Positions 1 through 14,960 of a DNA stretch of 64,000 nucleotides are shown in pieces. The notes beneath the pieces were generated by a model. The model made no database searches, was not told the origin of the DNA, and saw nothing but the letters and a program-made list of their open reading frames with translations. Both the position numbers and the translations under genes were made by a program. Source of the stretch: Octopus sinensis. Lineage: Eukaryota. Every line of letters starts with the position of its first letter. Positions within the stretch are counted from its first letter, which is position 1. Location: assembly GCF_006345805.1 (NCBI RefSeq), contig NC_043004.1, positions 83,080,001 to 83,144,000 of the forward strand. The letters are read 5' to 3'.

Positions 1-2315
1 TTTGATTATTGTTATTATCTAAAAAAAACTCTATCATTATTGTAGTTAATATTATTATCTAAAATAGTATTATCATTTATAGGTATTCTTACATTTTCAT
101 TTGGTTCTAAAGCCCTACTTTCATTATTATTATTATTGGTGCTGCAATCTAAAATAATGTTATCATTATTGCAGTTGATGTTATCTCCTAAAGTAGTATT
201 ATCATTTGTCGGCATTCCTACACTATCGTTTGTCTATAACTCTACTATCATTGCTGATATTGTTGATGCTATTAGTATTGATGTCGATATTGTTTTCCAG
301 ATGTGTAGTGTTGTTGCTGATAATGTTGTTACTCTCATTCACTGTACTTACATTCATGGCATTATTCCTATTACTAACATAATCATTCCTATTTATGTTA
401 TTATTGTTATTAACAATTCCATGGCTTTTGGTTATATTTATTTTATGACATTCATTATTGTTATTATTATTATTATTGTTGCAATTATTACTTTCCGTAC
501 TGTTATTACAATTTTCCGTTGTATTTTTATTTTTATTTATTAAATTATTTCTGGCTAGTTTTATGTTATTATTATTGATCTTAGCTATTAAAGTGGACAT
601 ATTTGGGAGAGTTGAATAAGAACTTCTGACTGTTTTTTTAGAAATAATTTTATGATATCTATGAGAGGATGGGACATTTTTTTCTAGAATTGTTTTGAAT
701 CTACCCTGAATATCTGATGAAACCGCGCAGTTAAAAGGGATGTTTAGCCATATTATGTCTTTCTTATTAAATTTCTTCGAATTAGAGTTAGGGCTGCTAG
801 AATTTTTCCCACTAGAGTTAGGGTTATTAGAATTAATCGTACCATCATCAGATTCTTTGTATTTATTAATGTTCCCGTTAGCATGTTTGCTAGTTTTATC
901 CAAGTTTATTTTACCCTTATTATAAGTATTCTCTGTTATGTTTTTATTAATATTCTTAATATCATTAGGGTACTTTGCCGCTGTAAATCTATTTCTACTA
1001 TCCTTTCTGGTATGGTCATTATTGTTGTCTACGTTACTAATAGTGTGTTTCTTAGTTTTAATTTTATTTAAGGTTGCCTTATCAGGGCTATCTATGTTAT
1101 GGTCTATGTATTTATCCTTATACTTATCATTACGATTAGATGTTGTATTAGATCCACATCTATGTATCTTTTCGACTTTATCATTTTTGTTGTTTATGTG
1201 GTTATTGCTGTTTAATTTACTTAAATTATTATGATGAGTTCCTAGGTTTTCCATATTTTCAAATGTAATTTTCTGGTTATATCCTGCTCTAGATAACGCC
1301 TCATTGTAATGTCCTGAGTGTGAGTTAAATATATTAAAATTAGATGATAATTTGGATATTCTTATGGAAATATTTCTAACTAAGGAATTTATTATATTTG
1401 GGGGATGATTAGATAATTTATTTACGTAACTAGTGATTTCACCTTCCTTTCTAAATGGATAATGTAGTTTGGAGTTAAGGTCTAAAGTAATATCTAGAAA
1501 ATTAGCTATTTTAATGTTTGGTTCGTAGGTTATGCTAAGGTTGAAATCTTTAAAGAACCTATTAATCTTCTTTTTAATTCTTTCTATGTGTGATTTATTA
1601 TTGGTATTTACAACAAACAAAGCATCATCTCTATATAGACCACCTTGCAATTCAGGGATCTCTTTATTAATGCATTTCAGTAGATATGCTCCTACTAAAT
1701 TGGTTACCTCAGCCGAATCACTTGAGCCCATAGGAATATCGAAAAAGTTAGGGGTATCAGCTCTGGTCCATAATTTTCCCTCAAACTCAATAAATGTTTT
1801 TCTAGCTAAAAGTACAATGTCTATTTCTTCTCTAGATATGAGGGAGCGATTCATCGCGAATATAAGCGATTTATTTAATAGGATAGGGGAAATGCTAGAG
1901 TAGTAGTTATTTAATGAAGGTTAAATTATTCGTATTAGTTAGGGAATTAAACCATTTAAGGACCTCATCGGTATTTATCCACAGGCTTAAGGGAAGAAGT
2001 GGGGTTATTTGGGGTAAGATATTATCTAGGATAGATTTACTAAGTCGGCCAATATCCGACTTAGTTGGACAAATACGTCTTACCGACGGGTTTTCCAGGA
2101 AATTCTTTTTATGGTCCTTAAGATTTATCCTAGGTTCGCATGGTACAATTGGTTCAGTTCGGTCTGCTAGATCATATTTTTCCATAATAGCTTTCATTTC
2201 TAAGTTAGTTTCCTTCAATTTTCCTTTGGTAGTAGTTTTGTATTTGGAGTTAAGCTCCTTGTTAATTAGATTGCTGTAGAGTGAATAGTCTACTCTATAA
2301 AAATTGCCCGTTTTG
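1..2315 (-). mobile_element. Penelope-like retroelement, RT region (5'-truncated, frameshifted, runs off left edge)
   Basis: ORFs 1907-2218 and 223-1854 carry PLE RT motifs: DKTGNFY upstream, LKDHK..NPSVRRICPTKSDIG, PMGSSDSAEV..LVG, GLYRDD, NFLDITLDL, SNHPP, IIWLNIPFN. There is a break near 1870-1910 where the FDI motif is missing. Long Asn-rich stretches follow the thumb. Confidence 0.85.
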
Positions 2316-3404
2316 TCAGCTGGTACTAATATAATATATATAAATATATATATATGCGTGTAGATACATGAATAGACAGAAAAGAGAGAGAGAGAGAGAG
2401 AGAGAGACTATATGTGAAACAGCTAGATATATTGATAAATAGATAGAGAGGGTTGGATATGAGAGGGAATATAGTGAATTTATGAGAAAACGTATTTTTC
2501 CAAGATCAATTTTCAATCTTTCGCTCGACTATAATGGGAAAATAAGTTCATTTAGATTGCAGCAAATAGTATACACACACAGACACAGACATAGACAAAC
2601 ACACACACACACACATACACACAGAGGCATACAGGTAACAAGGATGTCCAGGTATCAGTGCATTACGGCCGTTTCAAGTGGCTTCATTTAATCGGTCAAT
2701 GCAAACATTAAATCAATTTGATATAATCCACTCTCCTTGGACGCTTACGACCAATAGATTCCCAACATACAAGATACACCATTATAATTTTGTTAGAAAT
2801 TTCTTCATCAGTACTAGAGACTAAAATGCATTCCTTCGTTTTGATATTTTTCTAGCAGAATGAATTTAGCGTAACAATACCGAAAGTCTACTAAAATTTA
2901 GAGTGGCAGACGTAAATAATGGGGGTCGATAAAGAAGAATGGTGATATAGCTACATTCCCTTATATCCTTATCACATTCAACAGCTCTAATGCATCAAGT
3001 AGTCTACACCCCCTTAAAATTAAAACCATTTGGAATTGACAGTTAAGGTCTTCTTGTTGGTGATAAATTAATTAATGTCAGTTGCATTTCCCTACCCCTA
3101 TTTAACTATGACCATAAAGTCAGCCATACCTCCATAAAAGACTATGTTTCAGAAGATGCCTGTAAGATAACGATATAAAAGGCGACCTGATAACCAGAAA
3201 TTAGAGGAACAAGGGTAGCGTTACATATTATGATTATCAACTAAAATAGCCTTAAAATAGAAAACAGGAGGTCTCATCGAGATCTAAGTGTAGGAATTAG
3301 AAATACGGGGGAAAATGTGCATCTAAACTTAACAATTTTTATGTAATATGATATTAAAATTTAGAAAAAGATTTAAGGAGAAGAGAAGAAGGGTGGATTT
3401 AACA

Positions 3405-5406
<2,002 letters not shown>

Positions 5407-5429
5407 TGTAGGTATGTATGTATGTGTGT

Positions 5430-5603
5430 ATGCGTTTGTGTGTCTGTGTTTGTCCCCCTAACAAAGCTTGGTAACCGCTGGTGGTGTGTTCAGGTCTCCG
5501 TAACTTAGCGGTTCGGCAAAAGAGAACGATCGATATAATAAGTACTAGGCTTACAAAGAATAAGTCCTGAGGTCAAATGACTGAAACAAGTAATAGAGTA
5601 AAA
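5430..5603 (+). mobile_element. SINE family A, 3' half
   Basis: GTAACTTAGCGGTTCGGCAAA...AAGTACTAGGCTTACAAAGAATAAGTCC...TGACTGAAACAAG matches the 3' half of the 12616-13050 SINE. Confidence 0.75.
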
Positions 5604-7120
5604 GTCTATATATAATTTACTATAGAAATTACACCAGAATATATGATTATGGCGTATCGATGCCAATTCGAATTCCGAACACGTAAACACGTAGAATTTT
5701 CCTATATGCATGATTAAATGTATACGAATAAATTGTATTGTAAGAAACGCGACTTTAGCATGGCAAAATATATACGCTTAAGGAATAGCAAATATCACTT
5801 GGAGAAGTTGTGATAGCATAAAAAAGAAAGCAGATAATAGAATGAGTGAGTTGGGAGAACAGGTGTGAGAGAAAAAGCAGTCTAGGGAAGAAGAATGTCA
5901 ACGACCATCACTTTTCGTTTGATAGATTGGGTGGTTTACTAAGCTCAATCTCTGACCCAAATTTTAAAGCTACCGCACTGGTGGCTTTCTACGTTGCAGA
6001 AAGCTTATTTTATTTATTTATTTGTTTAGTCAGATAGCTTTTACCTACTTTTTGACTTTTCCTCTGACGGTCAATCTTCACTCCTAGTTTTGACGCATGA
6101 ACATCGGTGTATAGCTGCATCTCTTTAAGTTTTACAAAAACATCTGCTGGGACGAACATACTGATATTTCTGCCTTGTCCTTGTGAAAGTCTCATTTCAT
6201 TATTCAAACTCACAGTCTCTGGTATTGTTTCCCAACGAACACGAAGAATTGTTGTTGTTTAGGTGCCACATTCTGCCGCAGTAACGGTCCTAGTCATTAA
6301 TGTTGAAAATTGTGTCTTTGAGCTGATGGCATTGAAGATGCCCAGGGACGCGTTGTGTCCTTAAGCCCGACACTTTATTTCCCATTGCTCCTGTCAGTAA
6401 GTTATAATTAATTCAAAAGCTGTGTCACGCCGAGTCTCTTTGAGAATTACGTTAAGGGTACGCGTGTTTATGGAATGCTCAACCACTTGCACGTTAATTT
6501 CCCAAGCAGGCTTTTCCATTGATCGGATGAACTGTAAACTTCGTTATCGTAATTTATGGAATTCCAGTTTATTTACCTTACTAAAGGTAGCATTGAAAAG
6601 GGGTAACAAGTTACCATCAGTTAAGCGATAAATATATAAAATTAGAATTACATAAAGGACGCATTTGGGTGGTGAGATGGCAAGATCATTAGCACATCGC
6701 TTAAATAGCATAGTGGCATTTACTCTGAATCTTTACAATTCCCTCTGATGTCAAGTTTACCTGTAATCCCTTCTGTGTCGATAGAATATAATACCAGTAA
6801 AGTACTGTAATCTATATAATTGGAAGCGTTCTAATTCTTTAAAATCCAGCGTTTCGTTCAGAGAAATGTTGCGATCTCGGTCATTTATACACCATGAAAA
6901 CCTGGTAAGTGGCCTTGTGGGCCCCAAGGCTCCAGGAGCAAACGAGGAAATAATACTGGTAATTTATTTTTAAAGTTTTGTAAATTAGCAATGAGTCTAC
7001 TGATTTACTTTACATCATATGATTTCCAATCGAATTTACTCAAATTGCTGGCAATAATCTAGGAAGCTTTTATTTTAGGACATTATTTCCTGAATTTTTG
7101 AAAAATGATATGATACTTAC

Positions 7121-8194
7121 ATTTTTGTGAAGATTCATGCCTGTATGAAGTGTCTTAACGGATAGCAGAAAAACTAATGTTGGTAACATACATATGAATA
7201 CTAGTTCTTCTTGGCTAAGAAAATTGTTTATAAGGCCAGCAAATATGGTACAGAGACCTAGTATCATATTTAAAATTATTGCCGATATGCTATACTTAAT
7301 AATTTTGTTGACATCCCCCAGTAAGTTGCACATTTCTTCGTGTTTCGTACAATAATGCACAATCATTTTGTTTCGGTAATTCCACTCAGCATTCGGTTGT
7401 ATTTCACATCCTGACACGAAAAACGCCTGGCACTTTTCCCTCAAAACTCTGAATTCTAAAACAAGGTATTCGATTAAAAACCAGGAAAAGTTGGCTTGGG
7501 GTAAAATTTGCAAAGCAACTAGTACAAATACCCACCAAGCGACAAAAATTGGCAGAGAAAATATATTATCATTTAAAGGAAAAGGATAAAAAAATATATC
7601 AAAAATGCCGGATTCATTACGCAATAGGGGCAAAATACATGCTAAAATCGGATGCATTATAAGCACTAAGAGAATTTGAAGAATGGTTCTGATTTTCGCT
7701 ATTTTAAACAAAAAGGAGATCCTATCATCACAATCATCACACACACACAAAAGTGTGCTATTCATAAAATTTTCTTTCAATGTTTTATATTGTTTGATTT
7801 TCGATACCATTATGAAGAAATTTAAATAGGAGCAAAATTTCCATTGTATCAGCATAAGGACAGTCAAGGTCTTAGGAAAAGACTCCAAGATAAAAGTTTT
7901 GTATGAATAAGATAAAAACAACGCACAGTCTGATAGAGTAAGGAGGTAGACCATTCGATATAAAATATACTGGCACTTCTTCTTAAGATTTGATGTACTT
8001 AACGGTATCTTCTCATCATTGATAAAGAAGAACTTCTCCCATAATTCAAATAATTTTTTCCATCTACTTCGGTAAACCTTATCTTCTCTAACTTCACTGA
8101 ATTTTTCGTGAGTTTTCGACATATTTGATCTACCAAGTAACTGCAAAAACGAACAGATATAAAAGTTAATCAACAGAAACAATATCCCCTTCAT
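7121..8194 (-). CDS. Gustatory receptor-like (GRL/7TMIC) protein, paralogue 1, large first coding exon
   Basis: Multi-TM ORF with EFRVL and HEEMCNLLGDVNKII motifs, alignable to the 31747-32700 exon. It ends ..MNLHKN at a phase-0 donor AAT|GTAAGT at 7121/7120. The start may be Met at 8122 (MSKTHE), which follows a TTTTTGCAG acceptor. Downstream exons were not found in the window. Confidence 0.8.
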
Positions 8195-8473
8195 TTATAA
8201 TATTCACATAAATAATATTCACATTCTGAAGTGATAATGAAATAAAGTTGATATTCATACAGACGTATGAACACAGAAAAGTAATGGAGCACATAATCAT
8301 GATTGATTTAATAACAAAACAAAGCAATTGAAATTAATTGATGAATACAGTATGTGAAAGTTTTGAATTCATGATTGTTTACTAGATAAATCATAGTCGG
8401 AACTACTAATGTTATATACATACATACGAACACACGCACGTATGTATGTATATATATATATATATATATATAT

Positions 8474-8509
<36 letters not shown>

Positions 8510-8846
8510 TAAATATTAGGGAATATATCCAAATTTACAGGGAAAAAAAAATCAGATTTAGGATTAAATCCAATTTTATAGTAAAATATTATAAAATATT
8601 ATTTGAGACAAAACCACTATTTTGCAAAACAAACAAGGAAAGACTTAATCAATACATAAAATTTAATAAATAGTCAAAAAATTCATAATTTGTAACTGAA
8701 TTATTGGAAGTCCACCTGAAGATTGTCGATCAAGACAAGAAACGATTGTAGTGGCGGTTTTTTTGACTATTTATTAAATTTTATGTATTGATTAAGTCTT
8801 TCCTTGTTTGTTTTGCAAAATAGTGGTTTTGTCTCAAATAATATTT
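8510..8846 (+). mobile_element. (TA)n-flanked foldback element with hammerhead ribozyme (PLE pLTR / retrozyme-like)
   Basis: Near-perfect inverted repeat of about 85 bp (about 8594-8680 and 8759-8846) encloses a hammerhead motif. Confidence 0.7.
8712..8754 (+). ncRNA. Minimal type I hammerhead ribozyme
   Basis: CCAC-CTGAAGA-TTGTC(gatcaa)GACAA-GAAAC(gatt)GTA-GTGG: stem I CCAC/GTGG, CUGANGA core, stem II, GAAA and a GUA cleavage triplet. Confidence 0.8.
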
Positions 8847-8853
8847 ATATATA

Positions 8854-8905
<52 letters not shown>

Positions 8906-8906
8906 G

Positions 8907-8951
<45 letters not shown>

Positions 8952-9189
8952 GTAGGTATGTATATATGGATGGATGGATCAAAACAGTTTGATTCAAACC
9001 TTTTAGTACCCTTGAGTTTCCAGCGAGATGCTAACCGTCAACCATTTTTGAATTTGTATTTCATATTCAATTTCAGTTTTAAATTCAAAATGGTTGGCGA
9101 CTAGCATCGCGCTTGAAACTGAACAGTACCAATGAATATGAATCAAAATCTTTTGATCCATACAATAAATTGGTTGAATGACTTTTTAC

Positions 9190-10190
9190 GTTTCTCCATT
9201 CACTCTTCCAACAATTTCATTGCCTTTCTCGACATTTCAGTAAACGTACACAAATCCGCTCTCACTACCTCCATCCACTACACACACACACCGACTCACT
9301 CTCATACCTCAAATTCTCCTCCTCCCACCCTATACACACCAAGCTCTCCATTCCCCACTCCCAATTCCTCCGACTGCGCAGGCTCTGCAGTGACAACTAT
9401 GACTTTGAGACTTCGTCTCATCTCATGGCTCACCACTTCATCATTCGTGGATATCCCCTCACCACTATCCACACAGCCCTTGCCAGATCATGTTCCGTAG
9501 ACCATGCCTCTACTCTCTCTCTCTCTTTCTCTCATCCTGCGCTTGTCCCACCAATACTTTCTCCCGTTTCCTCTCACCTACCACCCCTCTACCCTTCCCT
9601 CCAACGCATCATACTCTGAGCCTTCCAGCGACTACAATCCGGCTCCTCCACGTGACTTCCTGGTCCACAGATTCTTCTATAACACCACCTCCTAATCTGG
9701 CTCGTTCTCCTGCTCCTGCACACGCTGCCGCACTTGCCCTTACCTCTCCAACACCACCATCATCCCTATCACATTACTGACTCCTTTACCTGCACTTCTA
9801 CCAAAGTCATTTACTGCATCTCCTGCTCTTCATGCCCTTCTCTGTACATCAGTCAAACGGAACGCCGCTTAGTTGACCGGTTCGTGGAGCACCTCCGAGA
9901 CATTAGACACAGCAATGACACCCGGCCTCGCACCATTTCCGCTCTATCGATCATTCATTACAACACATGTCAGTGTTCAGACTGTATTTGCACAGGGGCT
10001 ATCCGGACTCACGATTTAGCCGTGAACAGGAATTAATCTTCTCTCTTCCCTCCTTTCATCCACATGGCCTCAACTCCCCTTCTCCTTTAAATTCCTTTCT
10101 CTTCCTTCATCTGACAGCTACTTCCTCTCTTCGCTCCTACCCACCTCTTTTCTCCTCTCTTGCTTTGGAACCATCTCTGGACAGTTCTGA
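9190..10190 (+). mobile_element. Degraded Penelope-like element (RT thumb plus C-terminal GIY-YIG endonuclease)
   Basis: FLDISV..LTTSIHY; IPHSQFLRLRRLCS in an alternate frame; TSTKVIYCISCSSCPSLYISQTERRLVDRFVEH in ORF 9734-10036. Confidence 0.75.
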
Positions 10191-10412
10191 TGTCAACAAG
10201 ACCACTACTAAAGGTCCACTTGATAATCCGTTGAGCTTATGAGGCAGGATGGCCCAGTTTGTATGCATACGAGAAAATCACTTAACATAGTTTGGTTTTC
10301 ATAATGTCTGTGGGTAAAACATTTTGTATACCAATATTGTTGGTATAGAAAATGTGTCAAGATTAAATGCAAGGTATACATAATTTAGTTTTTAAATGAC
10401 GGAAATAACAAC

Positions 10413-10503
<91 letters not shown>

Positions 10504-10686
10504 CCTATTTGTCTATCTATATATATATGTGTGTGTGTGTGCATGTGTGTGTGCGCGTGTATTTATTACGGTGAAGAAGGCGAGATGGTGTGAGAGTGTT
10601 GCTACGGTATTCTCCTCCGTTAACGGGAACAAAACCCGAATTTAAAACGCTAGATGATGATGATGATGATCACGATGACGATGAGG

Positions 10687-10721
<35 letters not shown>

Positions 10722-10725
10722 ATGG

Positions 10726-11062
10726 TGGTGACCCCCTTCGGTCAGACACTGACCATGGGTTTGCACCTAGAGAGTTACCCTCTGAGGCACAAGTCTGAGC
10801 AAGGTTGTTTTATGGAAGACCAGCAGTCGCCCATGCATACCGGCCTCCCCTATCCACGTCACCGATGTTGTCCAAGGGAAAGGCAAGGGCAATACAGCTT
10901 GGCACCTGTGACGTCGCAACTCATTTCTACAGCTGAGTGAACTGGAGCAACGTGAAATAAAGTGTCTTGCTCAAGAACACAACACGCAGCCCGGTCCGGG
11001 ATTCGAGCTCATAACCTCACGATCGTAAGCTCGATGCTCTAACCACTGAGCCACGCGCCTTC
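10726..11062 (-). mobile_element. tRNA-derived SINE family B
   Basis: Reverse complement of 25367-25698. Head GGCGCGTGGCTCAGTGGTTAGAGC with B-box-like CTCGAATCC. Flanked by (TA)n. Confidence 0.8.
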
Positions 11063-11094
11063 ACTATATATATATATATATATAATTTGATACT

Positions 11095-11155
11095 TCTTAA
11101 TCTTATTTCGGCCAGTATTGGCCCACATTTTGTCTAACTTAATAGCACCAGCTGC
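11095..11155 (-). mobile_element. Short 3'-end fragment of the 34961-37630 LINE family
   Basis: TTTCGGCCAGTATTGGCCC...TGTCTAACTTAATAGCACCA matches about 34989-35033. Confidence 0.6.
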
Positions 11156-11579
11156 CAAAAATAAAGCATATCTACACATTTATATACATATATATATATA
11201 TATATATATGTTTATGTGTTTGTATGTGCATGTGTGTGTGTGTACAAATAAGCATGCAATTATTTGCAAACATTTACATATATGCAGAAGTAATGAGACT
11301 TAAAATGAAGCGATGGGAAAGAACAGGAATTTTGCTTATAAAAAGATCGAAAGTATTACAAGTTAAAGTTAACATACCTTCGTTCATTAAACTACGCACA
11401 ATATTCCAGCGGAAAGTGTTAACGAACTAAGCGTTTTTTCATGATTCAATGCTTTATATTTGTTCGTGCACAAGAACGAAATAGATAAACAGCGTTTAAT
11501 CAGAAACTCGTACAAACAAATAGAATTAACTGCTTATCTCATTATAAATATATACTGTAACATATGTCAGATGCATGTC

Positions 11580-11648
11580 AGTATGTATGTATGTATGTAT
11601 GTATGTATGTATGTATGTATGTATGTATGTATGTAGTATGTATGTATG

Positions 11649-11735
<87 letters not shown>

Positions 11736-11846
11736 TGCATGTATACATATATAGATATATACATACTTCATATAAGTATATATATGTATATGCGCATATA
11801 TGTATATATACATATACAGAAATATATGTATATATATACGTACACT

Positions 11847-11902
<56 letters not shown>

Positions 11903-11995
11903 CACACATGTAATATACATATATAGGTATACACATACTTCATATAAGTATATTTATGTATTTGTGCATATATATATATATATACACATATACAG

Positions 11996-12086
<91 letters not shown>

Positions 12087-12240
12087 TAAGTTATATATAT
12101 ATATATATATAACAAAGTGACACATACTTCATATAGTATATATGTATATGTGCCTATATGTATATATATACATACATATGCAGAAATATATATACATATA
12201 TATATATATGTGTATGTATATGTATGCATGTATGTACATA
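11580..12240. repeat. Compound microsatellite (TATG)n/(TA)n/(CA)n
   Basis: Visible simple repeats; source of spurious YI/MYVC ORFs. Confidence 0.95.
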
Positions 12241-12439
12241 ATACAATTAACGTTACGTAGCTTTAATCTTTTTCATGTATAATAATTAAAATCAAACATT
12301 TATTGTAGGTCGAGTCTGTCATGAGACTTATCTATCTCATTAAATCTCACAAGTGAGATAGCAATTGATATTGTTGTATCATGAATGCATACATATTAAG
12401 AAATAAAAAATAAATATACATATAAATAAATAAATAAAA

Positions 12440-12483
<44 letters not shown>

Positions 12484-12615
12484 CATATAGAAGTATGACA
12501 CTTGTGTTGTAAATGCGATGTGTTGTAAATGAAAACAAGCCCCTTTAGCAAATATTTTGCGAGGATAATTTGCAATTTTATTTGTTCTTTCGTTATTCTC
12601 TAAATTGCCTATATA

Positions 12616-12779
12616 GGAGTGGCTGTGTGGTAAGTAGCTTGCCTACCAACCACATGGTTCCGGGTTCAGTCCCACTGTTTGGCAACTTGGGCAAGTGTCC
12701 TCTGCCATAGCCTCGGGCCGACCAAACCCTTCTGAGTGGATTTGGTAGACGGAAACTGAAAGAAGTCCGTATATATGTA

Positions 12780-12830
<51 letters not shown>

Positions 12831-13050
12831 TGATGTATGTATGTATGTTTGTGTGTATGTTTGTCCATTCAACATCACTTGTCAATTGATGCTGGTGTGT
12901 TTACGTCCCGGTAAACTAGCGGTTCGGTAAAAGACACCGATAGAATAAGTACTAGGCTTATAAAGAATAAGTCCTGTGGTCGATTTGCTCGACTAAAAAA
13001 GCCGGTGCTCTAACATAGCCGCAGTTAAATGACTGAAACAAGTGAAAGAG
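12616..13050 (+). mobile_element. tRNA-derived SINE family A, full length, with internal microsatellite
   Basis: A-box-like TGGCTGTGTGG, B-box-like GGTTCAGTCC, CORE-like CTTGGGCAAGT, central (TA)n/(TG)n, and a 3' part ending GGTGCT..AACATAGCCGCAG..TGACTGAAACAAG. Confidence 0.85.
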
Positions 13051-13124
13051 TGTATATATATATATAGCAAGAGAACAAAAGTATGAAAGGGTCCTGGATA
13101 TTATGTAAATAGAGGAATTTATCC

Positions 13125-14960
13125 GTACATAGTTTCGGATGTCAGGGCAGAAACCCTCGCCGGTATCTCTTCAGTTACCGTGCCAGCGAAAACATGCTAT
13201 AAAAATCACCGTTAAAACAAAGGGAAATTACTGTGTGATTGACCGTTATTAAGACAAAATAACTATTAGAATGACCGCTAAGGATGGGGTGGAAGTAAAT
13301 TTAAGGGAGTAAAATTGTTCATATTAATTGCGTAAGCGCGAATGTCGATACATGCACATGCGCACACTCATGTACATGCGCCTATATGAATATACTCATC
13401 TACCCTCACTTGAAACTGACACACGCTCACCCACACATTCGCCAAAAAATATATACATGCACGCATACACGCTCGCACACACACGCACAAAACATGTTGA
13501 TACACACATCTATAAACGCACATACACACGAAAAATAGGGCTAACGGCAAAATACAGAAAAATGCGTAAAAATTCTAAAAAAATAAACATTAAGACTAAA
13601 ACACGTATATATATAAACACATACTCGCATGCACGCACACATACCCGTCTGTATACGCACATGCCCGCACAAAAATTCCATATACACGTCTATATACGCA
13701 CAAGAAAAATGCAGGGTGAAAGGTAGAAAGATTGTGTGTAAAAAATATATGAGCAATATCTCTATAAATATGTGAAAAAATATATAAAATTTACTTACGA
13801 AATATAATTAAAAAGTATAGAGAGATAAAAAGCTTGTATGTGGACACAATATAGAAAGGAAGTCCTATCTGTAATCTCGGGGGGACCAAAAACGTAACAA
13901 ATATTTAGCCATATATGGACATGAACCGAAAAGTTCAGTTCTAGAATTTAGACATGTGGTGGCGGTCTAAGCTCCTTTTTCAGATGACCCATCTTTCCAT
14001 ATCACAAAGACCGCACTTTCCACGGCCGTTGGTGCAGGGCTTACACTTCTTCCAATGGATGTTGTAACTGACACCTTTATCTTTTAAGGACCATATATGA
14101 CTGGATAATTCGGTGGTTTTCCTTTTATTCCAGTGCCTGAAGCTCAAGGTGTGATTATTGAACCTGGTTTTGAAAATACCCTCTGTAAGACCCACGTATT
14201 TCTTCGTCGAATCCGTGTTCTTATTGGATATAGAGTCCACGGTGGTTTCATAAATGATGGTATCGGACATGCAAGCTCCATTTAGCGAGCACGAATTTTT
14301 ATCCTTGCTTGAAGAGCTGGTTTTATATTGTGGTTTTTGTGTGTTGTGTGCGATGATATTTTTAAAATTAGTTGTTGAGATGAAGTTGATTTTTAAGTTA
14401 TGTATATTGGAGAGCTTTTTGTAACTATGGTTGACTGGAAAATGTCTATCTATCAGTACTAAGAAATACTTGCCTATATTAAAGGTCACTTCGGGTGAGT
14501 AGGGAATGTGAACAAGGTAGTTTTTCTATTCCTTTGTTTCCTTTTCTTTATTATTGGACTGGTGGCAGGTGCATAGGTTATTTCCTCGCTAAATTGTTTG
14601 AGCCTTATTATATACTGGTGCAACGCTATTAAAAATCTCCCTATCGAAGGAGGGACTAGAAATTCTTTTGCTAATGTTTTTAACTAAATATTTAAATACT
14701 ATGGGGGATGGCAGGTACCCACATTAATATAACTAAGTCTATCGTTGGGCTTCCTTAGGAAGGACATTATCCATTTGAGGATAACTTGAGGTTTATTCTT
14801 ATTTAGACCTTAGGATAGAAATAGGAAATTGACAACCGTCATGTTGGTGTCTGTAGTTATGCTAGGACCGAAAGTTTCCGGTTTGTATCTTGGATCGACG
14901 TTGTTTGTTTTCAGAAAAAAGGGGTGTGGTACCTTTTTGCGCCCATCTTTATTTCAGAAA
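13125..14960 (-). mobile_element. Degraded Penelope-like element with C-terminal GIY-YIG endonuclease and 3' pLTR
   Basis: ORF 13980-14489 CSLNGACM..IIYETTV..YVGLTEGIFKTRFNNH..TELSSHIWSLKDK is GIY-YIG-like. RT-thumb remnants lie at 14550-14870. The segment 13125-13280 is the reverse complement of 44880-45030 and contains a decayed hammerhead (CTGAAGA...GAAAC). Confidence 0.75.

Noticed and set aside
2460-2528. Possible GRL1 exon after acceptor TTTTCCCATTATAG (SSERLKIDLGKIRF..)
   Set aside because: No donor at a suitable position; it runs into microsatellite.
7005-7060. Possible GRL1 exon 2 after TTCCTAG (IIASNLSKFDWKSYDVK)
   Set aside because: It runs into a stop, has no phase-0 donor and does not resemble GRL2 exon 2.
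11564-12125. Many ORFs of YIYI/MYVC/HTHT type here and throughout the window
   Set aside because: They are translations of (TA)n, (TATG)n and (CA)n microsatellites.
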